From a virus (taxonomy: Duplodnaviria; Caudoviricetes): DNA of 64,000 nucleotides. The notes beneath the pieces were generated by a model, which saw nothing but the letters and a program-made list of their open reading frames with translations, searched no databases and was not told the DNA's origin. The stretch lies in the IMG/VR virus record IMGVR_UViG_3300028888_000001; one strand, 5' to 3'. Of this stretch, positions 10,871 through 20,889 are shown piece by piece. Both the position numbers and the translations under genes were made by a program. The stretch's first letter is position 1, and each line of letters begins with the position of its first letter.

Positions 10871-11656
10871 ATGGATCAGTTATCCGTATCATGCAGTGCG
10901 GTACTACTTATTCTATTGGCTATAGTTTCTATTATAGGATTTTTATATATTAGATATAATAACAAACGTCTAAAAGAAGTTTTAAAAGCTCAAAGTGAAG
11001 ATGAACTAAAAGCCTTTAAAGCTTCAATAGAAGAAATGAATAAAAATCTTATGAATGCCATAGCTGAAACAATAAGTAGAAATAATCGTCAAAATACAAA
11101 TCCAGCTCAAACACATCAGCAAGAGCTATTATCTACATTTGATAAAATAAGACAGATAACAAGAGATGATCTATTTTCTACTCTTAATTCTACTTCAGCA
11201 TGTAGAATAGCATTATACTTATTACACAACGGTACTAAATCTATAAATGGTATAAGCTTTCTTAAAATATCTTGTATCGGTGAACGTACGTTAGCCGGTT
11301 CTGGTATACGGGAGCAAATTATTAATCATACTAATATGCCTATAAATATATTTGATAACATGCTTGAGAAATTAATAGAAAATGGCCGTTATCTTATAAT
11401 TAACGATGAGGAAACAATGCTTACTGCAAGATCACAGTTTATCTCTCATTCTAAAATACAATATTCTCAAGCTGTTGCAATTTATGATAATTCTAATAAT
11501 ATTATAGGATTCATTCTCGGTGAATACGATTCTATATACACTAAAGAAAATTCTGATATAGAGTATAAAGATCTTAAAATGTTAGCTCAAAAGATTTCAC
11601 CAATATTAACGATATCTGATTATAATAAGATAGCATCAAAAGAAAGAAAAATGTAA
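10871..11656 (+). CDS. Holin-like protein (single N-terminal TM, coiled coil, GAF-like domain)
   Basis: Hydrophobic stretch at aa ~8-27. The C-terminal RIALYLLHNG...FLKISC..E ... IYDNSNNIIGFI pattern is GAF-like. The architecture resembles T4 holin T. Confidence 0.5.
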   Translation: MDQLSVSCSAVLLILLAIVSIIGFLYIRYNNKRLKEVLKAQSEDELKAFKASIEEMNKNLMNAIAETISRNNRQNTNPAQTHQQELLSTFDKIRQITRDDLFSTLNSTSACRIALYLLHNGTKSINGISFLKISCIGERTLAGSGIREQIINHTNMPINIFDNMLEKLIENGRYLIINDEETMLTARSQFISHSKIQYSQAVAIYDNSNNIIGFILGEYDSIYTKENSDIEYKDLKMLAQKISPILTISDYNKIASKERKM

Positions 11657-11662
11657 ACTCAT

Positions 11663-11690
11663 AAACAGCGTGAGGAAACTCACGCTGTTT
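11663..11690 (+). terminator. Rho-independent terminator
   Basis: aaacagcgtgag-gaaa-ctcacgctgttt followed by T/A-rich sequence. Confidence 0.8.
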
Positions 11691-11716
11691 TATATATTGA
11701 TAATTATACATTGTTT

Positions 11717-11730
11717 GACATTTGAATAAT
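11717..11730 (+). promoter_or_regulatory. Putative late promoter GACA-N6-TAAT
   Basis: gaca tttgaa taat upstream of the 11759 ORF. Confidence 0.55.
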
Positions 11731-11758
11731 TATAACAATTATTCTGGAGGTTTATAAT

Positions 11759-12997
11759 ATGAGTAATATATACAAAATTACTAATCCAGAAACTGGAGAG
11801 TCTCAACTTGTAGTTTCTAAAGAATACGTAGATATCCGTCTTAATAGATTAGAAAATGCTATCATGCAGCATATTAAAGATTCTGATAAAGCTCATACGT
11901 TAGATGCTAAATTAAATACAGAATCTCCAGCTTTGCTTGATAAAGAGCAATATACGGATATTTATATACCAAAGAGCACTGATCCTATAAAAGCTCAGGA
12001 TATTAAAACAGATGCCGAGCATAAATTTATCTCTCAAACTCAGCTAGAAGTATTTAAAAATAAAGCTTCTATTTCTGAAGCTCAAGCATTGATTAATAAT
12101 TCTATTAATGAGATTAAATCTCAGTTCAACGCTATGTATATAAATCTGCTCAATAAGCCAGATGCAGTGAAAAAATTAAAAGATCTCATTTCTCTTATAG
12201 ATGAATCTGAAACTCTTGATCAGATTATGGCTTCATTTTCTACGAAAGTATCTAAAGAAGAATTAGATGAACACGCAACTAATTCTGTAGTTCATGTAAA
12301 CTCAGTAGATAGAAAAGCTTTAGATATTTTAATTGGACTTATTAAAGATGGCACTTTCGATAAGATTAAAGCCCAATCTTTAGATTTTGTTAAGGCTGCA
12401 GAAAATGCTATTAATCTAGATGGAATGACTTCTGATGAAGTACGCTCTAGAGGAAAATATGTAAAAATATATGGTGTTGATGGTTATGTAGATCCATTTC
12501 GTGTGGATGTACTTTTCCCAGGCCAGCAATATTTAGATAATGAAATAGCAAAACAGAATTTTATAAATACTTCTGGCAAAGTTCTATTTGCTGAATCTTT
12601 TTATAATATAGATACATTTTATCTTAATAGATCTAATAATATGAATGACTTAACTATTGAAGGTTGTGGCTCTGGTACTATAATAAATGTAAAATATCTT
12701 CAAGCAAACAATGTATTATTTAGAGATCTAACTATATCTGGAAATGACACTGAAAATTTAAGGTCTGCTATAATAAGCTCAAATGTTATTTTTGAGAACG
12801 TGACTTTCGATAAAGTAGATATAACTCTTTCCGCAAGTAAATATTGTAGATTTAAAAATTGCATATTTAAGAATTGTAGATTTACAATGACTGGAGTATG
12901 TATTGGAAATATTATAAAAGAATGTATATTTATCAAAACCTCAACTCCAAAATATATTGGTGGTAGCAATATCATATCTGATAACGTTATAGTATAA
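11759..12997 (+). CDS. Virion protein with C-terminal right-handed beta-helix (pectin-lyase-like)
   Basis: 412 aa. Fibre-like DIKTDAEHKFIS motif. C-terminal LTIEGCGSGT...NVLFRDLTI...CRFKNCIFKNC repeats. Confidence 0.5.
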   Translation: MSNIYKITNPETGESQLVVSKEYVDIRLNRLENAIMQHIKDSDKAHTLDAKLNTESPALLDKEQYTDIYIPKSTDPIKAQDIKTDAEHKFISQTQLEVFKNKASISEAQALINNSINEIKSQFNAMYINLLNKPDAVKKLKDLISLIDESETLDQIMASFSTKVSKEELDEHATNSVVHVNSVDRKALDILIGLIKDGTFDKIKAQSLDFVKAAENAINLDGMTSDEVRSRGKYVKIYGVDGYVDPFRVDVLFPGQQYLDNEIAKQNFINTSGKVLFAESFYNIDTFYLNRSNNMNDLTIEGCGSGTIINVKYLQANNVLFRDLTISGNDTENLRSAIISSNVIFENVTFDKVDITLSASKYCRFKNCIFKNCRFTMTGVCIGNIIKECIFIKTSTPKYIGGSNIISDNVIV

Positions 12998-13003
12998 TAT
13001 ATA

Positions 13004-13027
13004 CCCCGTGGGAGAAATCCCACGGGG
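13004..13027. terminator. Bidirectional terminator between convergent genes
   Basis: ccccgtggga-gaaa-tcccacgggg. Confidence 0.8.
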
Positions 13028-13034
13028 ATTATTT

Positions 13035-14423
13035 TTAATTTAAATGACCAATACGGCTAGACGTTCTAAAGTTGTCAGGATTATTCCATCCATCAGCAAA
13101 ATTATGATGTATACGTACATTATTCACATAGCCCATATCGATGTATACGCCAATAATAAATCCTGGAGTGGTACATTTTTCACTTATAGAAACTGTATAA
13201 GTGTCCCAATCAACGTCATAATCTTTATATGACGGATCATTGAAAATAATGAAGTCTATAAATAATGAAGGATTAAGAGCAACAGATTTTGTATACTCTA
13301 TTATAGCCATAAGCTCAGTATTTTCAAACAAAGGCCTAATATCTATATCTAAAGCTTTTCGCTTACCAAGATCTTTCATTTCTACAATGTAATCTGTTTT
13401 TATTACTCTAGACCATCCACTTTCATTAGCTTCAGGAATATCTGCTTTAGTGGCTTTAAATAGTACAATTGCAGTCTCATCTTGTACAGTATCACCAGCA
13501 ATTATTTCTTGAGGCTCTTGAGAATAATAAGTATAACAATATGGAGCTGTCATCTCTATCTCTACAGCAAAATCACAAATAAAAGCCATGTGTTCATGAT
13601 CTATCCTATCGCCACTCTCATCACCTGTTGGAAATTCTGATCTTATATGAACGGTACAATTTTCTATACGCATGAAATACTCAAAATTTCCAGTAGCGTT
13701 AACACGTTTATATAAAAATGGAACCATAGAATGAGAATTTAAATATCGTAACATTTCATCAGGATCTCTAGGCCCAGAAAAATCATCTGTTGCTATACCA
13801 TTATCAAATGCCATTTGAGCAATAATCTTTTTAGGTACATGAATATCAAGCGGTATATATTGTGTTTCAGTTAAACCAGCTCTATGCCTATATTTGATAT
13901 ATTCCATATCATCTAGCATCTGGCCTTTAGTGTCGTTTCTAATTCTATATGTGAAATTCATCATTATAGATTTAAACTGCACTGCAAGATATAGACATTT
14001 TTCTGGACGTTGGTCTCTAAATATAGTTCCCTCAAAACGAGATCTTCTTAAATATCCGCCAAGCTCAAGATTTGTATCTATAAAATTTCTGTTATAGTTC
14101 ATATCTATAGTTGGCACTATAGCCAACACAGGGTTGGTCCTTTTAAGCTGATCTTGAAGTTTTGAAAACATTCTGAACTGGTCAAAAGATTTAGATCCAT
14201 CTACATATATAGAATTAAATTTATCTCTAGGCCATTTATCTAGAAACCAGTCTCTAGCAAATTCTGTACACACAGCATAAGCGTTATACTGTGAAGGAAG
14301 CATAACACTTGATCTTAATATTCTTGGTTTCTTGGTATTATATATTTCATGAGGATCTAATATTCTCATACCTTGGGCTCTAGGATTTATTATTTTACCA
14401 AAGTCTTTAAGCGTTCCTTCCAT
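13035..14423 (-). CDS. Probable virion structural protein (possibly tail completion/terminator-like)
   Basis: 462-aa ORF with GGAGG RBS and a late-promoter motif at 14458-14471. The functional assignment is weak. Confidence 0.4.
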   Translation of the reverse strand: MEGTLKDFGKIINPRAQGMRILDPHEIYNTKKPRILRSSVMLPSQYNAYAVCTEFARDWFLDKWPRDKFNSIYVDGSKSFDQFRMFSKLQDQLKRTNPVLAIVPTIDMNYNRNFIDTNLELGGYLRRSRFEGTIFRDQRPEKCLYLAVQFKSIMMNFTYRIRNDTKGQMLDDMEYIKYRHRAGLTETQYIPLDIHVPKKIIAQMAFDNGIATDDFSGPRDPDEMLRYLNSHSMVPFLYKRVNATGNFEYFMRIENCTVHIRSEFPTGDESGDRIDHEHMAFICDFAVEIEMTAPYCYTYYSQEPQEIIAGDTVQDETAIVLFKATKADIPEANESGWSRVIKTDYIVEMKDLGKRKALDIDIRPLFENTELMAIIEYTKSVALNPSLFIDFIIFNDPSYKDYDVDWDTYTVSISEKCTTPGFIIGVYIDMGYVNNVRIHHNFADGWNNPDNFRTSSRIGHLN

Positions 14424-14457
14424 AAAAAATAAACCTCCATGTATCTAATTTCTATAA

Positions 14458-14471
14458 ATTAATCAAATGTC
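14458..14471 (-). promoter_or_regulatory. Putative late promoter GACA-N6-TAAT
   Basis: Minus strand gaca tttgat taat. Confidence 0.55.
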
Positions 14472-14496
14472 CAGCATATATCAAATAAAAAAATAA

Positions 14497-14523
14497 ATGG
14501 AGGGGCATGAACGGCCCCTCCAT
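14497..14523 (-). terminator. Rho-independent terminator
   Basis: atggaggggc / gcccctccat inverted repeat with a U-run on the minus strand. Confidence 0.75.
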
Positions 14524-14545
14524 AATAAAACCCTATAGCTATCAA

Positions 14546-14803
14546 TCAATCGAGAACCGGATTTGAAATAAATTCTATTCTCGGGTTACAATGCTCCAAA
14601 TAATCAAAGAAATTACCAATAGCTGGATCGTATTTCGTGTTGAGACTATCATCATTCGCTACAAGAAAATAGAAAAACAATGTTTTGTCTTTATCATCTT
14701 GCTCAATTGCTCTTATAGTACATATAGTCTTATACAGCGGATCTATACGATCAATCACGTTAACAATGCTTCCTTTGGAATATACTGGATATTGTGTGTA
14801 CAT
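14546..14803 (-). CDS. Hypothetical protein (85 aa)
   Basis: ORF with a purine-rich RBS, co-oriented with its neighbours. Confidence 0.6.
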   Translation of the reverse strand: MYTQYPVYSKGSIVNVIDRIDPLYKTICTIRAIEQDDKDKTLFFYFLVANDDSLNTKYDPAIGNFFDYLEHCNPRIEFISNPVLD

Positions 14804-14853
14804 TATACTTCCCCCTGAAATTTTTAAAATGTAAATTTAATTGAGTTGGATTT

Positions 14854-15252
14854 TTATTTAATGCCAGTGATGATAGTGCGTATATCGCTGGCTAATTCTA
14901 ACACTTTAATCATCAACTCTACAGAAATATGTGACGGTGCGGCAGTTTTAACATCTATATTACCGTCGCTGTCTTCTTTAAAGTGTTCGCACGTTATAAT
15001 ATATTTACTTAATTCTGACAACTCTGCAGAGTAGATACGTATCCAGATAATATGTCTATATTTCTCATATATTCCACAATCAATAATTTGATTTTTTCTA
15101 AGTATAATATCTATTCCGCTTCTAGTGATATTTAAAGCGTCTGGGTCAATTTCATAATCAAATTTCTTTTTGATGTCTTCAAGTAAAGCACCGCAATTTT
15201 GTTTTAGGCTATCAACAGTAATAACTTTTTCTAGCCATTCTTTAGTTGTCAT
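14854..15252 (-). CDS. Hypothetical protein (132 aa)
   Basis: GGAGGAG RBS and an upstream TATATTATA. Confidence 0.7.
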   Translation of the reverse strand: MTTKEWLEKVITVDSLKQNCGALLEDIKKKFDYEIDPDALNITRSGIDIILRKNQIIDCGIYEKYRHIIWIRIYSAELSELSKYIITCEHFKEDSDGNIDVKTAAPSHISVELMIKVLELASDIRTIITGIK

Positions 15253-15318
15253 TTATTTTCTCCTCCTATAGGGTTTATTTAAAGCCTAGAGGGATCACTC
15301 CCTCTAGGCTTCTATGTT

Positions 15319-15327
15319 TATAATATA
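15319..15327 (-). promoter_or_regulatory. Putative early promoter TATATTATA
   Basis: Exact motif, followed by the hairpin at ~15283-15310. Resembles AR9/phiKZ early-promoter consensus. Confidence 0.5.
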
Positions 15328-15346
15328 TAGTTATTTTGTAATTTAT

Positions 15347-15886
15347 TTAAATACGCTGCTCAATAGAATTAATCTTCTTAGAGAGCTCATCATACATATC
15401 AGCCATAGTTTGGAGAATGACAGTACTAACCTGAGTGTTATATTCAACCATTGTAGCCATCTCTGTTCTTCTAACCTTATCAAGCTCGTCCATCAATAAA
15501 GCATTAGAGGAACGCATTATAGTAGCCATGTCTCTAACATATGGCGTATATGTACTTTCAATCTCCCTCATAGATATTATACGATCAGTAATGAAATCAT
15601 CATAATAATCGTCATATCCAACAGCATAAGGTTTACAATTGCCGTCTTCTTTTATTTCTGCAAGGCATCTATTATTATCAATAAACTCTTCAGGGTTACC
15701 AATCTTTGCTTTGATTGGCATAGATACCACAGTGGTCTGAGGCTGAGAGACACACTGGTAATCACCACAGCAGCCATCGTGTTGACAATTACAACAGATA
15801 CCATCGTAATTGTGGCATTCAGTTGCAGCAGTATTATTAGCGTTAAACATTTTCGCAATCTGTAAAGCGTTATTCTTATTAAACAT
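15347..15886 (-). CDS. Hypothetical protein with Cys-rich N-terminus and C-terminal coiled coil
   Basis: 179 aa, CHNYDGICCNCQHDGCCGDYQC. AGGAGG RBS. Confidence 0.7.
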   Translation of the reverse strand: MFNKNNALQIAKMFNANNTAATECHNYDGICCNCQHDGCCGDYQCVSQPQTTVVSMPIKAKIGNPEEFIDNNRCLAEIKEDGNCKPYAVGYDDYYDDFITDRIISMREIESTYTPYVRDMATIMRSSNALLMDELDKVRRTEMATMVEYNTQVSTVILQTMADMYDELSKKINSIEQRI

Positions 15887-15993
15887 TTTAAATTCCTCCT
15901 AAAAATAAAACTTGGTGATGATATTTATATTAAATATATGATAGATACAGTGTGTGTCTCACTGTATCTATCATATACAGAATATCGAATTAT

Positions 15994-16223
15994 TTATTGC
16001 ACTGCCATACAAGCATTTATTTCATCTGCTTCTGCTTGCGTGTATTTGCACATGGATTTCATGCCGTTTGCATTAATAAGCATATCTCTGGATGGTAACA
16101 TGTCAGAATTACATTGTCCGTCATTCCTAGAGATATACAGCTGTACAGGATTAAATATCTCATTAGTCAAATTAATGAAATCTTTATTATACAAATACAT
16201 GATATTGAGGGTGTCTCCGTCAA
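15994..16223 (-). CDS. RNA polymerase beta' N-terminal subunit, exon 2 (F)DGDTLNIMYLY...AVQ
   Basis: After the terminal G of the intron the sequence reads tt gac gga gac acc ctc aat atc atg, completing ADFDGD in frame with exon 1. Confidence 0.9.
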
Positions 16224-16625
16224 CGTACCCCTATACACTACGAAAGTAATGTAGATTGATTAGATCCTAGGTGGCTTAGACTATATCTAAATCCACTGCT
16301 TAATAAAAGCGTTGGGATAATTAGCGCTTCGATTTAAACGGACTTATTTGCTGCAATGCCGTACTATAGTAATCACTCTATAGCTCTACTCCCATTTAGG
16401 GATAGTCGTTGAACCTTCTATACTGTTACAGTATAGCTTGGCTGCTGATTGCATATTGTTAGCAGGCTTTAGCACCATTATTATACAATGGCTTTTATTT
16501 CAGCATGGCCCAATCTTTAACTTGTTTCTGTCTTTCGACTCCTTATAGGCATAAAGATATTAATACATCCCAGCAATTCACTAATTTTTAACGCTCCTAT
16601 TCCTAGAAACGTGATCCTGATTTTG
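16224..16625 (-). mobile_element. Group I intron (402 nt, no ORF) in the RNAP catalytic motif
   Basis: Minus strand carries P (gaattgctggga), Q (aatcagcagcc), R (gttcaacgacta) and S (agatatagtct) elements. P1 UGAUU/GAUCA has U.G at the splice site, and the intron ends in G. Removal restores AADFDGD. Confidence 0.92.
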
Positions 16626-17952
16626 AATCAGCAGCAAGCGGCTTTAATATCAATAGAGATATACTCATAGTGTAGTTCATGTTAATCCCTATACATCTAC
16701 ACCGGAGAATACCACCATACGATATGGTCGGATTGCGGTTAATTAGAACGGGGAGTCCCCCGCTATCTTTGATTAAGCCGTCTATAATATCATATATTGT
16801 TTTGTCGTATCCATTAATCTGACACTTATACCATCTCTTATATGCTATAGAGTAAGAGATATTTTGTGTCTTAACGAGTATATTTATAATAACTTGCTGT
16901 AATAATTCCATTAAACACTGAAATGGAAGTTTTATCTCATCACAAAATAAATATGGATCTTGTCGTATCACGCTCCTACTAGTAAATGAATATCTACCAC
17001 CTATACTTGCACGAATATCACCTTTCTTTTTGGCCATGATAGATTTCAATTCTTCATATATTGCATTATACTGGAATTGAATATCGTATAAGTATTGGAC
17101 TTTTCCTTTAAGCTTTTGATCCATTCTAAGTTTATCTTGATTAACCTTATAAACTAGAGTGGATAACATCTGATAGTTCTCATTACAAGACTGATATTTC
17201 AAAGATCCATTATCCAGTACAGACGGTCTCAACAATGCAGAGAATACCGGTATACTATGAGTAAATGTGATTTTCTCATTTTCTATAAGATCATCATAGT
17301 AGATTTTCTTAGCTGGATATTTAGCATAATAATAGTCTAGTATCTCTCGATACCGCTCTTTAAATGCTAGTATACCGATACCCTTGAAAGGTTCGTCTTT
17401 CTTATTAGATACTACCTCTATATATTTACCATTGGAGTCTACTGTTATCTCTGGCTCTATAATGCGGTTTAATCTCGCTGCACCGATAAAGCCTTCAAGA
17501 GTTCTATATATATTTGGATGGATAATCCAGTATTTATCTTTTAGTACTAGCCATCCAAATATAGAAACGTCATCGTCATAATACTTGACTACAGTACCAC
17601 ATGCTGGACATATCTCTCCATGCATTATAGATCCTCTAGTCATTCCACATTTACAGCGATATTTACCAGAGAAAGAATCTATATCCGATATAGTAGATCC
17701 AAATCTCTGACTGAATATGCCATTTTGATATTTGATATCATTCTTAATTCCCTTTGGGGCAGAGATGATAAAATTAGGGCCAGATTTAAGATCATCAATT
17801 CTTGTCTGGTCCATATCTAGCCTGACTAACCGTGTGCTATATGTATACTTATCTGAATGGGGATATGTATACGTTGTTTTGACATTAAGCGTTCCTGGAA
17901 CTGCTGTAGTTCCAGCTCTTACATTTGGTGTCGTTTTTATTTTTGTTGCCAT
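16626..17952 (-). CDS. Phage multisubunit RNA polymerase beta' N-terminal subunit (probably non-virion RNAP), exon 1. Spliced product 518 aa.
   Basis: Zn ribbon CKC...CPAC, KKG.IR...GGR..F..RSVI, LINRNPTI, PLAAD. An early-type promoter upstream argues for the non-virion enzyme. Confidence 0.9.
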
Positions 17953-18034
17953 CTTTTCCTCCTTAAAGATTTTTAAAAACTACAGATAATACCAAATTTC
18001 TATCTTGAATCTAATACTACCTGTAGCCTAAATA

Positions 18035-18043
18035 TATAATATA
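18035..18043 (-). promoter_or_regulatory. Putative early promoter TATATTATA of the RNAP gene
   Basis: Exact motif followed by a long G.U-rich hairpin (~17980-18025). Confidence 0.5.
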
Positions 18044-18087
18044 TTATCATTTTTATCTTTAGGATAAAAAAATAATCTATAATAATA

Positions 18088-18693
18088 TTATGACTCTTCT
18101 TTAAGAATCTCAAGATGCCTGAATTTCGATAGCTTCTTAAGAGAACTTATATCTGTTCTTCTAATGACATATTCTGGAGCTTGCACATCTATCAAAAACT
18201 CTTTAACAGAATCATATGCTGTTATCTCACCAGTGGTGTTATTTCTAACTTTAATAGATTTTGTAGAATTTTTGGCATAAACACCATTATCTCTCTGGAA
18301 CTTAATATTATCGTCTTTTGTGAGCTGTAATAGATTATCTATAGAATTGTTCCTGGAGTCTAAATCTAAATGAGCAATGCAACAATTAGTATCTAATGGT
18401 TGATTACCCCATGCTGAATAGACTAGCCTAGAAACTGGATAATGTCTCTTTTGAGCATCAGAAATTCTTACTGCTCCATATTTGTCAATCTCAGGTTTGA
18501 TAATAGAGAATCTATTTGGGCTTCTAGTATTCTCATCAAAAATAATTTTAGCAATCTCTCCATTCTTAGATGAATAATAATCGTCTACAATTGTTTCTCT
18601 AAATTCTCTTCCTGTACCATCTGTGTATGATTTTGTAAAATCATAAATTTCTGTTGGCGTTGGCTCCCCTAAAATGTCGTTAATACAAGACAT
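18088..18693 (-). CDS. Free-standing HNH homing endonuclease with C-terminal NUMOD1/IENR1-like DNA-binding segment
   Basis: VSRLVYSAW...IAHLDLDSRNNSIDNL...N (HNH_3-like) and IKVRNNTTGEITAYDSVKE. Late-promoter motif at 18723-18736. Confidence 0.75.
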   Translation of the reverse strand: MSCINDILGEPTPTEIYDFTKSYTDGTGREFRETIVDDYYSSKNGEIAKIIFDENTRSPNRFSIIKPEIDKYGAVRISDAQKRHYPVSRLVYSAWGNQPLDTNCCIAHLDLDSRNNSIDNLLQLTKDDNIKFQRDNGVYAKNSTKSIKVRNNTTGEITAYDSVKEFLIDVQAPEYVIRRTDISSLKKLSKFRHLEILKEES

Positions 18694-18774
18694 TTTCTGC
18701 TCCTCCTTAAATACATAAGTAATTTATATTTATGTATATGGGTGTGTATTATTTTACCATGAGAGTTATACAAA

Positions 18775-18816
18775 AAATTTAAAGCCATTAAGCGTTAACC
18801 TAATGGCTTTAAATTT
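18775..18816 (-). terminator. Rho-independent terminator
   Basis: aaatttaaagccatta / taatggctttaaattt 16-bp inverted repeat. Confidence 0.7.
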
Positions 18817-19151
18817 CACATGTCGATTACGGTAGGCGATTGAACTTTGGCTTTGTTAGCGTATTGCTCTAGCTCGCACATACACGAGCTGTTAGCTCCA
18901 GTCCACTCGAAATATATTCGTGCCGCATCGCTCTGATTTTTGGCAACCACCGCAAGCGGGTTTTTATAGATCATCTTCCCATATCTCGGTTCTTCTTCGC
19001 ACATCAAATATATGGCTCTCTTCTTAAGCATATACTTGTCCTGCTCATCCATAATACCATACAGAAAGTCGTTGCCGTAATCAACAATCTCGGAGTTAAT
19101 CATTTGCATCATTTGCTCATTAGGCTTATAAATAAACCTAATAGTTTTCAT
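18816..19151 (-). CDS. Hypothetical protein (111 aa)
   Basis: GAGGAGG RBS. Visibly more GC-rich than its neighbours. Confidence 0.7.
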   Translation of the reverse strand: MKTIRFIYKPNEQMMQMINSEIVDYGNDFLYGIMDEQDKYMLKKRAIYLMCEEEPRYGKMIYKNPLAVVAKNQSDAARIYFEWTGANSSCMCELEQYANKAKVQSPTVIDM

Positions 19152-19166
19152 AAACTTTTCCTCCTC

Positions 19167-20246
19167 TTAAAGATTGATAAGATCCAGAGGGTTATCAATA
19201 AAGTACTGATTATTTATATTCTTAACCGTCTCTGGATCTCTCAAATCTATTTTCCATGTGAAATCTTTATGTTCAACTTGATTCTGATATATCAGGCTTT
19301 GATATACTAGATCAAGTGTATAGAATCTATACCTAAACGAATGTCTATCTATAATCGTATGAAGATTAAGCAGACTATCGTATATCATATTATTATACGT
19401 CATGTACCTATTCAAAATCTGATTCTGATTTATAGCATCTGATATCATCTTGGCTGCTCTATTGAGATTCACTAGCTGATGCATATGTTTCTCCGGCAGT
19501 CCATTAAGAGCCCATAATAAAGAAATAAGCTGCGGGCTTATCCCAGTCAAATCAGTTTTGTTTTTCATGTAGCACATGCATAACGCATTCTGTCTAGTTA
19601 CAAGATATGACGTATCCATTACGGTGTTGGTATTCATATCAAACGACTTTTTAGGTCGTATTAAAACTGCATTTTCAGTAAATGGTGGTATTTGAAAAGC
19701 ATATTTGCTTTTTGTGATTATTATAGACAGCCTGTTTTTATTTGCACAAATACTGTCATAAGTAAACGAGCTAAAATCACATCGCTTATGAACGAAATAA
19801 AGTTCATTTATATAAGCGCATAATATCTTTACCAGCTCAAGCTGGCTTGAGATAAACTTATCAGTCTCTGTGTGTTTTACATTATTTATATCTGGTTGTT
19901 CATCGCCAAAATTGTTATAAAACTGTCGATGGTTAAGGCTAGAATCTTCTCCATATACTAGAAATATTCTAGCCCATGTTTTATGTCTGCTTCTATAATA
20001 TCCCCTAATATGCGCTGCAAGATTGATAATTGCAGCGCAAATAGAGAATCTCTTGTTACTGAAAACATCTGCTTCATATAGCTTCTTCAGCATATTTTTC
20101 AAATCTATGTAAACATCCACCTCAGTATTGTTAACTAGGTTAGATGGTAATAAGGAATTGATTTCTAAGAGTTTATCGTATCTGACATAATATGCTCCTA
20201 GAACTTGAGACACATCAAGTTGTTGTTGTTTTCCTTGAAGGCTCAT
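19167..20246 (-). CDS. Divergent PIN/FEN-fold 5'-3' exonuclease/RNase H-like protein (tentative)
   Basis: 359 aa. VDVYIDLKN and RIFLVYG strands, plus a C-terminal LLWALNGLP helix region, resemble the FEN/T4 RNase H fold. The catalytic acidic residues are not clearly complete. Confidence 0.35.
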   Translation of the reverse strand: MSLQGKQQQLDVSQVLGAYYVRYDKLLEINSLLPSNLVNNTEVDVYIDLKNMLKKLYEADVFSNKRFSICAAIINLAAHIRGYYRSRHKTWARIFLVYGEDSSLNHRQFYNNFGDEQPDINNVKHTETDKFISSQLELVKILCAYINELYFVHKRCDFSSFTYDSICANKNRLSIIITKSKYAFQIPPFTENAVLIRPKKSFDMNTNTVMDTSYLVTRQNALCMCYMKNKTDLTGISPQLISLLWALNGLPEKHMHQLVNLNRAAKMISDAINQNQILNRYMTYNNMIYDSLLNLHTIIDRHSFRYRFYTLDLVYQSLIYQNQVEHKDFTWKIDLRDPETVKNINNQYFIDNPLDLINL

Positions 20247-20400
20247 GGTAATATTCTCCTTTATCTTTGGTATTGTTATATCGCTGCGCTATTTCGGTCA
20301 TATATCTAGATTCTCCAACCGGATCTAGATGTAAGCCTAGTTTAGTATCTAAATAACTATATTGCTCCATAATCTTTTTCTTAATCATATCGTTGCGCAT
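20215..20400 (-). CDS. Small hypothetical protein (61 aa)
   Basis: GGGAGG RBS. Overlaps the start of the downstream gene. Confidence 0.5.
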   Translation of the reverse strand: MRNDMIKKKIMEQYSYLDTKLGLHLDPVGESRYMTEIAQRYNNTKDKGEYYHEPSRKTTTT

Positions 20401-20435
20401 GGCGTGCCTCCCATATTTCCCCCTAAGACGTATAA

Positions 20436-20831
20436 TTATTCGTCTAAACTTAATAGCTGTTTAGGATCGTAATAGTCTTCACTACCATCGTCCTCTTCAT
20501 AATCATCCTCTAGCATCTCTTGCTTGAAATTGTCTCTATGTCGCAAAGCGTTGACAATTCTTTTGGTATCTCCGTAGCCCTGTTCTACAAGAACTCCGGT
20601 TAATTCATCTGCGCCTTTATCAGAGATGGTACAGCCTTTCATCATATGCTCTTCTCCGTCGCTATAACTATACTTGCGAAGATCTAACTTATAAGGCTTA
20701 CCATCTCCCTCAACTGAATTCCAAGCTATTTTCCTCAGATTCAAGGAATTGCTACCAGATTCTTCGATGACAAAATCGAAATCAGGCATTGTCCTATAGT
20801 TAAAGGTTTTTCTTTCTTTTTGCTGTTGCAT
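20436..20831 (-). CDS. PC4/YdbC-like ssDNA-binding protein
   Basis: LNLRKIAWN...KLDLRKY...MMKGCTIS pattern with an acidic tail. Confidence 0.7.
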   Translation of the reverse strand: MQQQKERKTFNYRTMPDFDFVIEESGSNSLNLRKIAWNSVEGDGKPYKLDLRKYSYSDGEEHMMKGCTISDKGADELTGVLVEQGYGDTKRIVNALRHRDNFKQEMLEDDYEEDDGSEDYYDPKQLLSLDE

Positions 20832-20889
20832 TACATAAGTCCTCCTTAAACATATTTACTATATCGTACATAAATATGTAATAGTTTAC

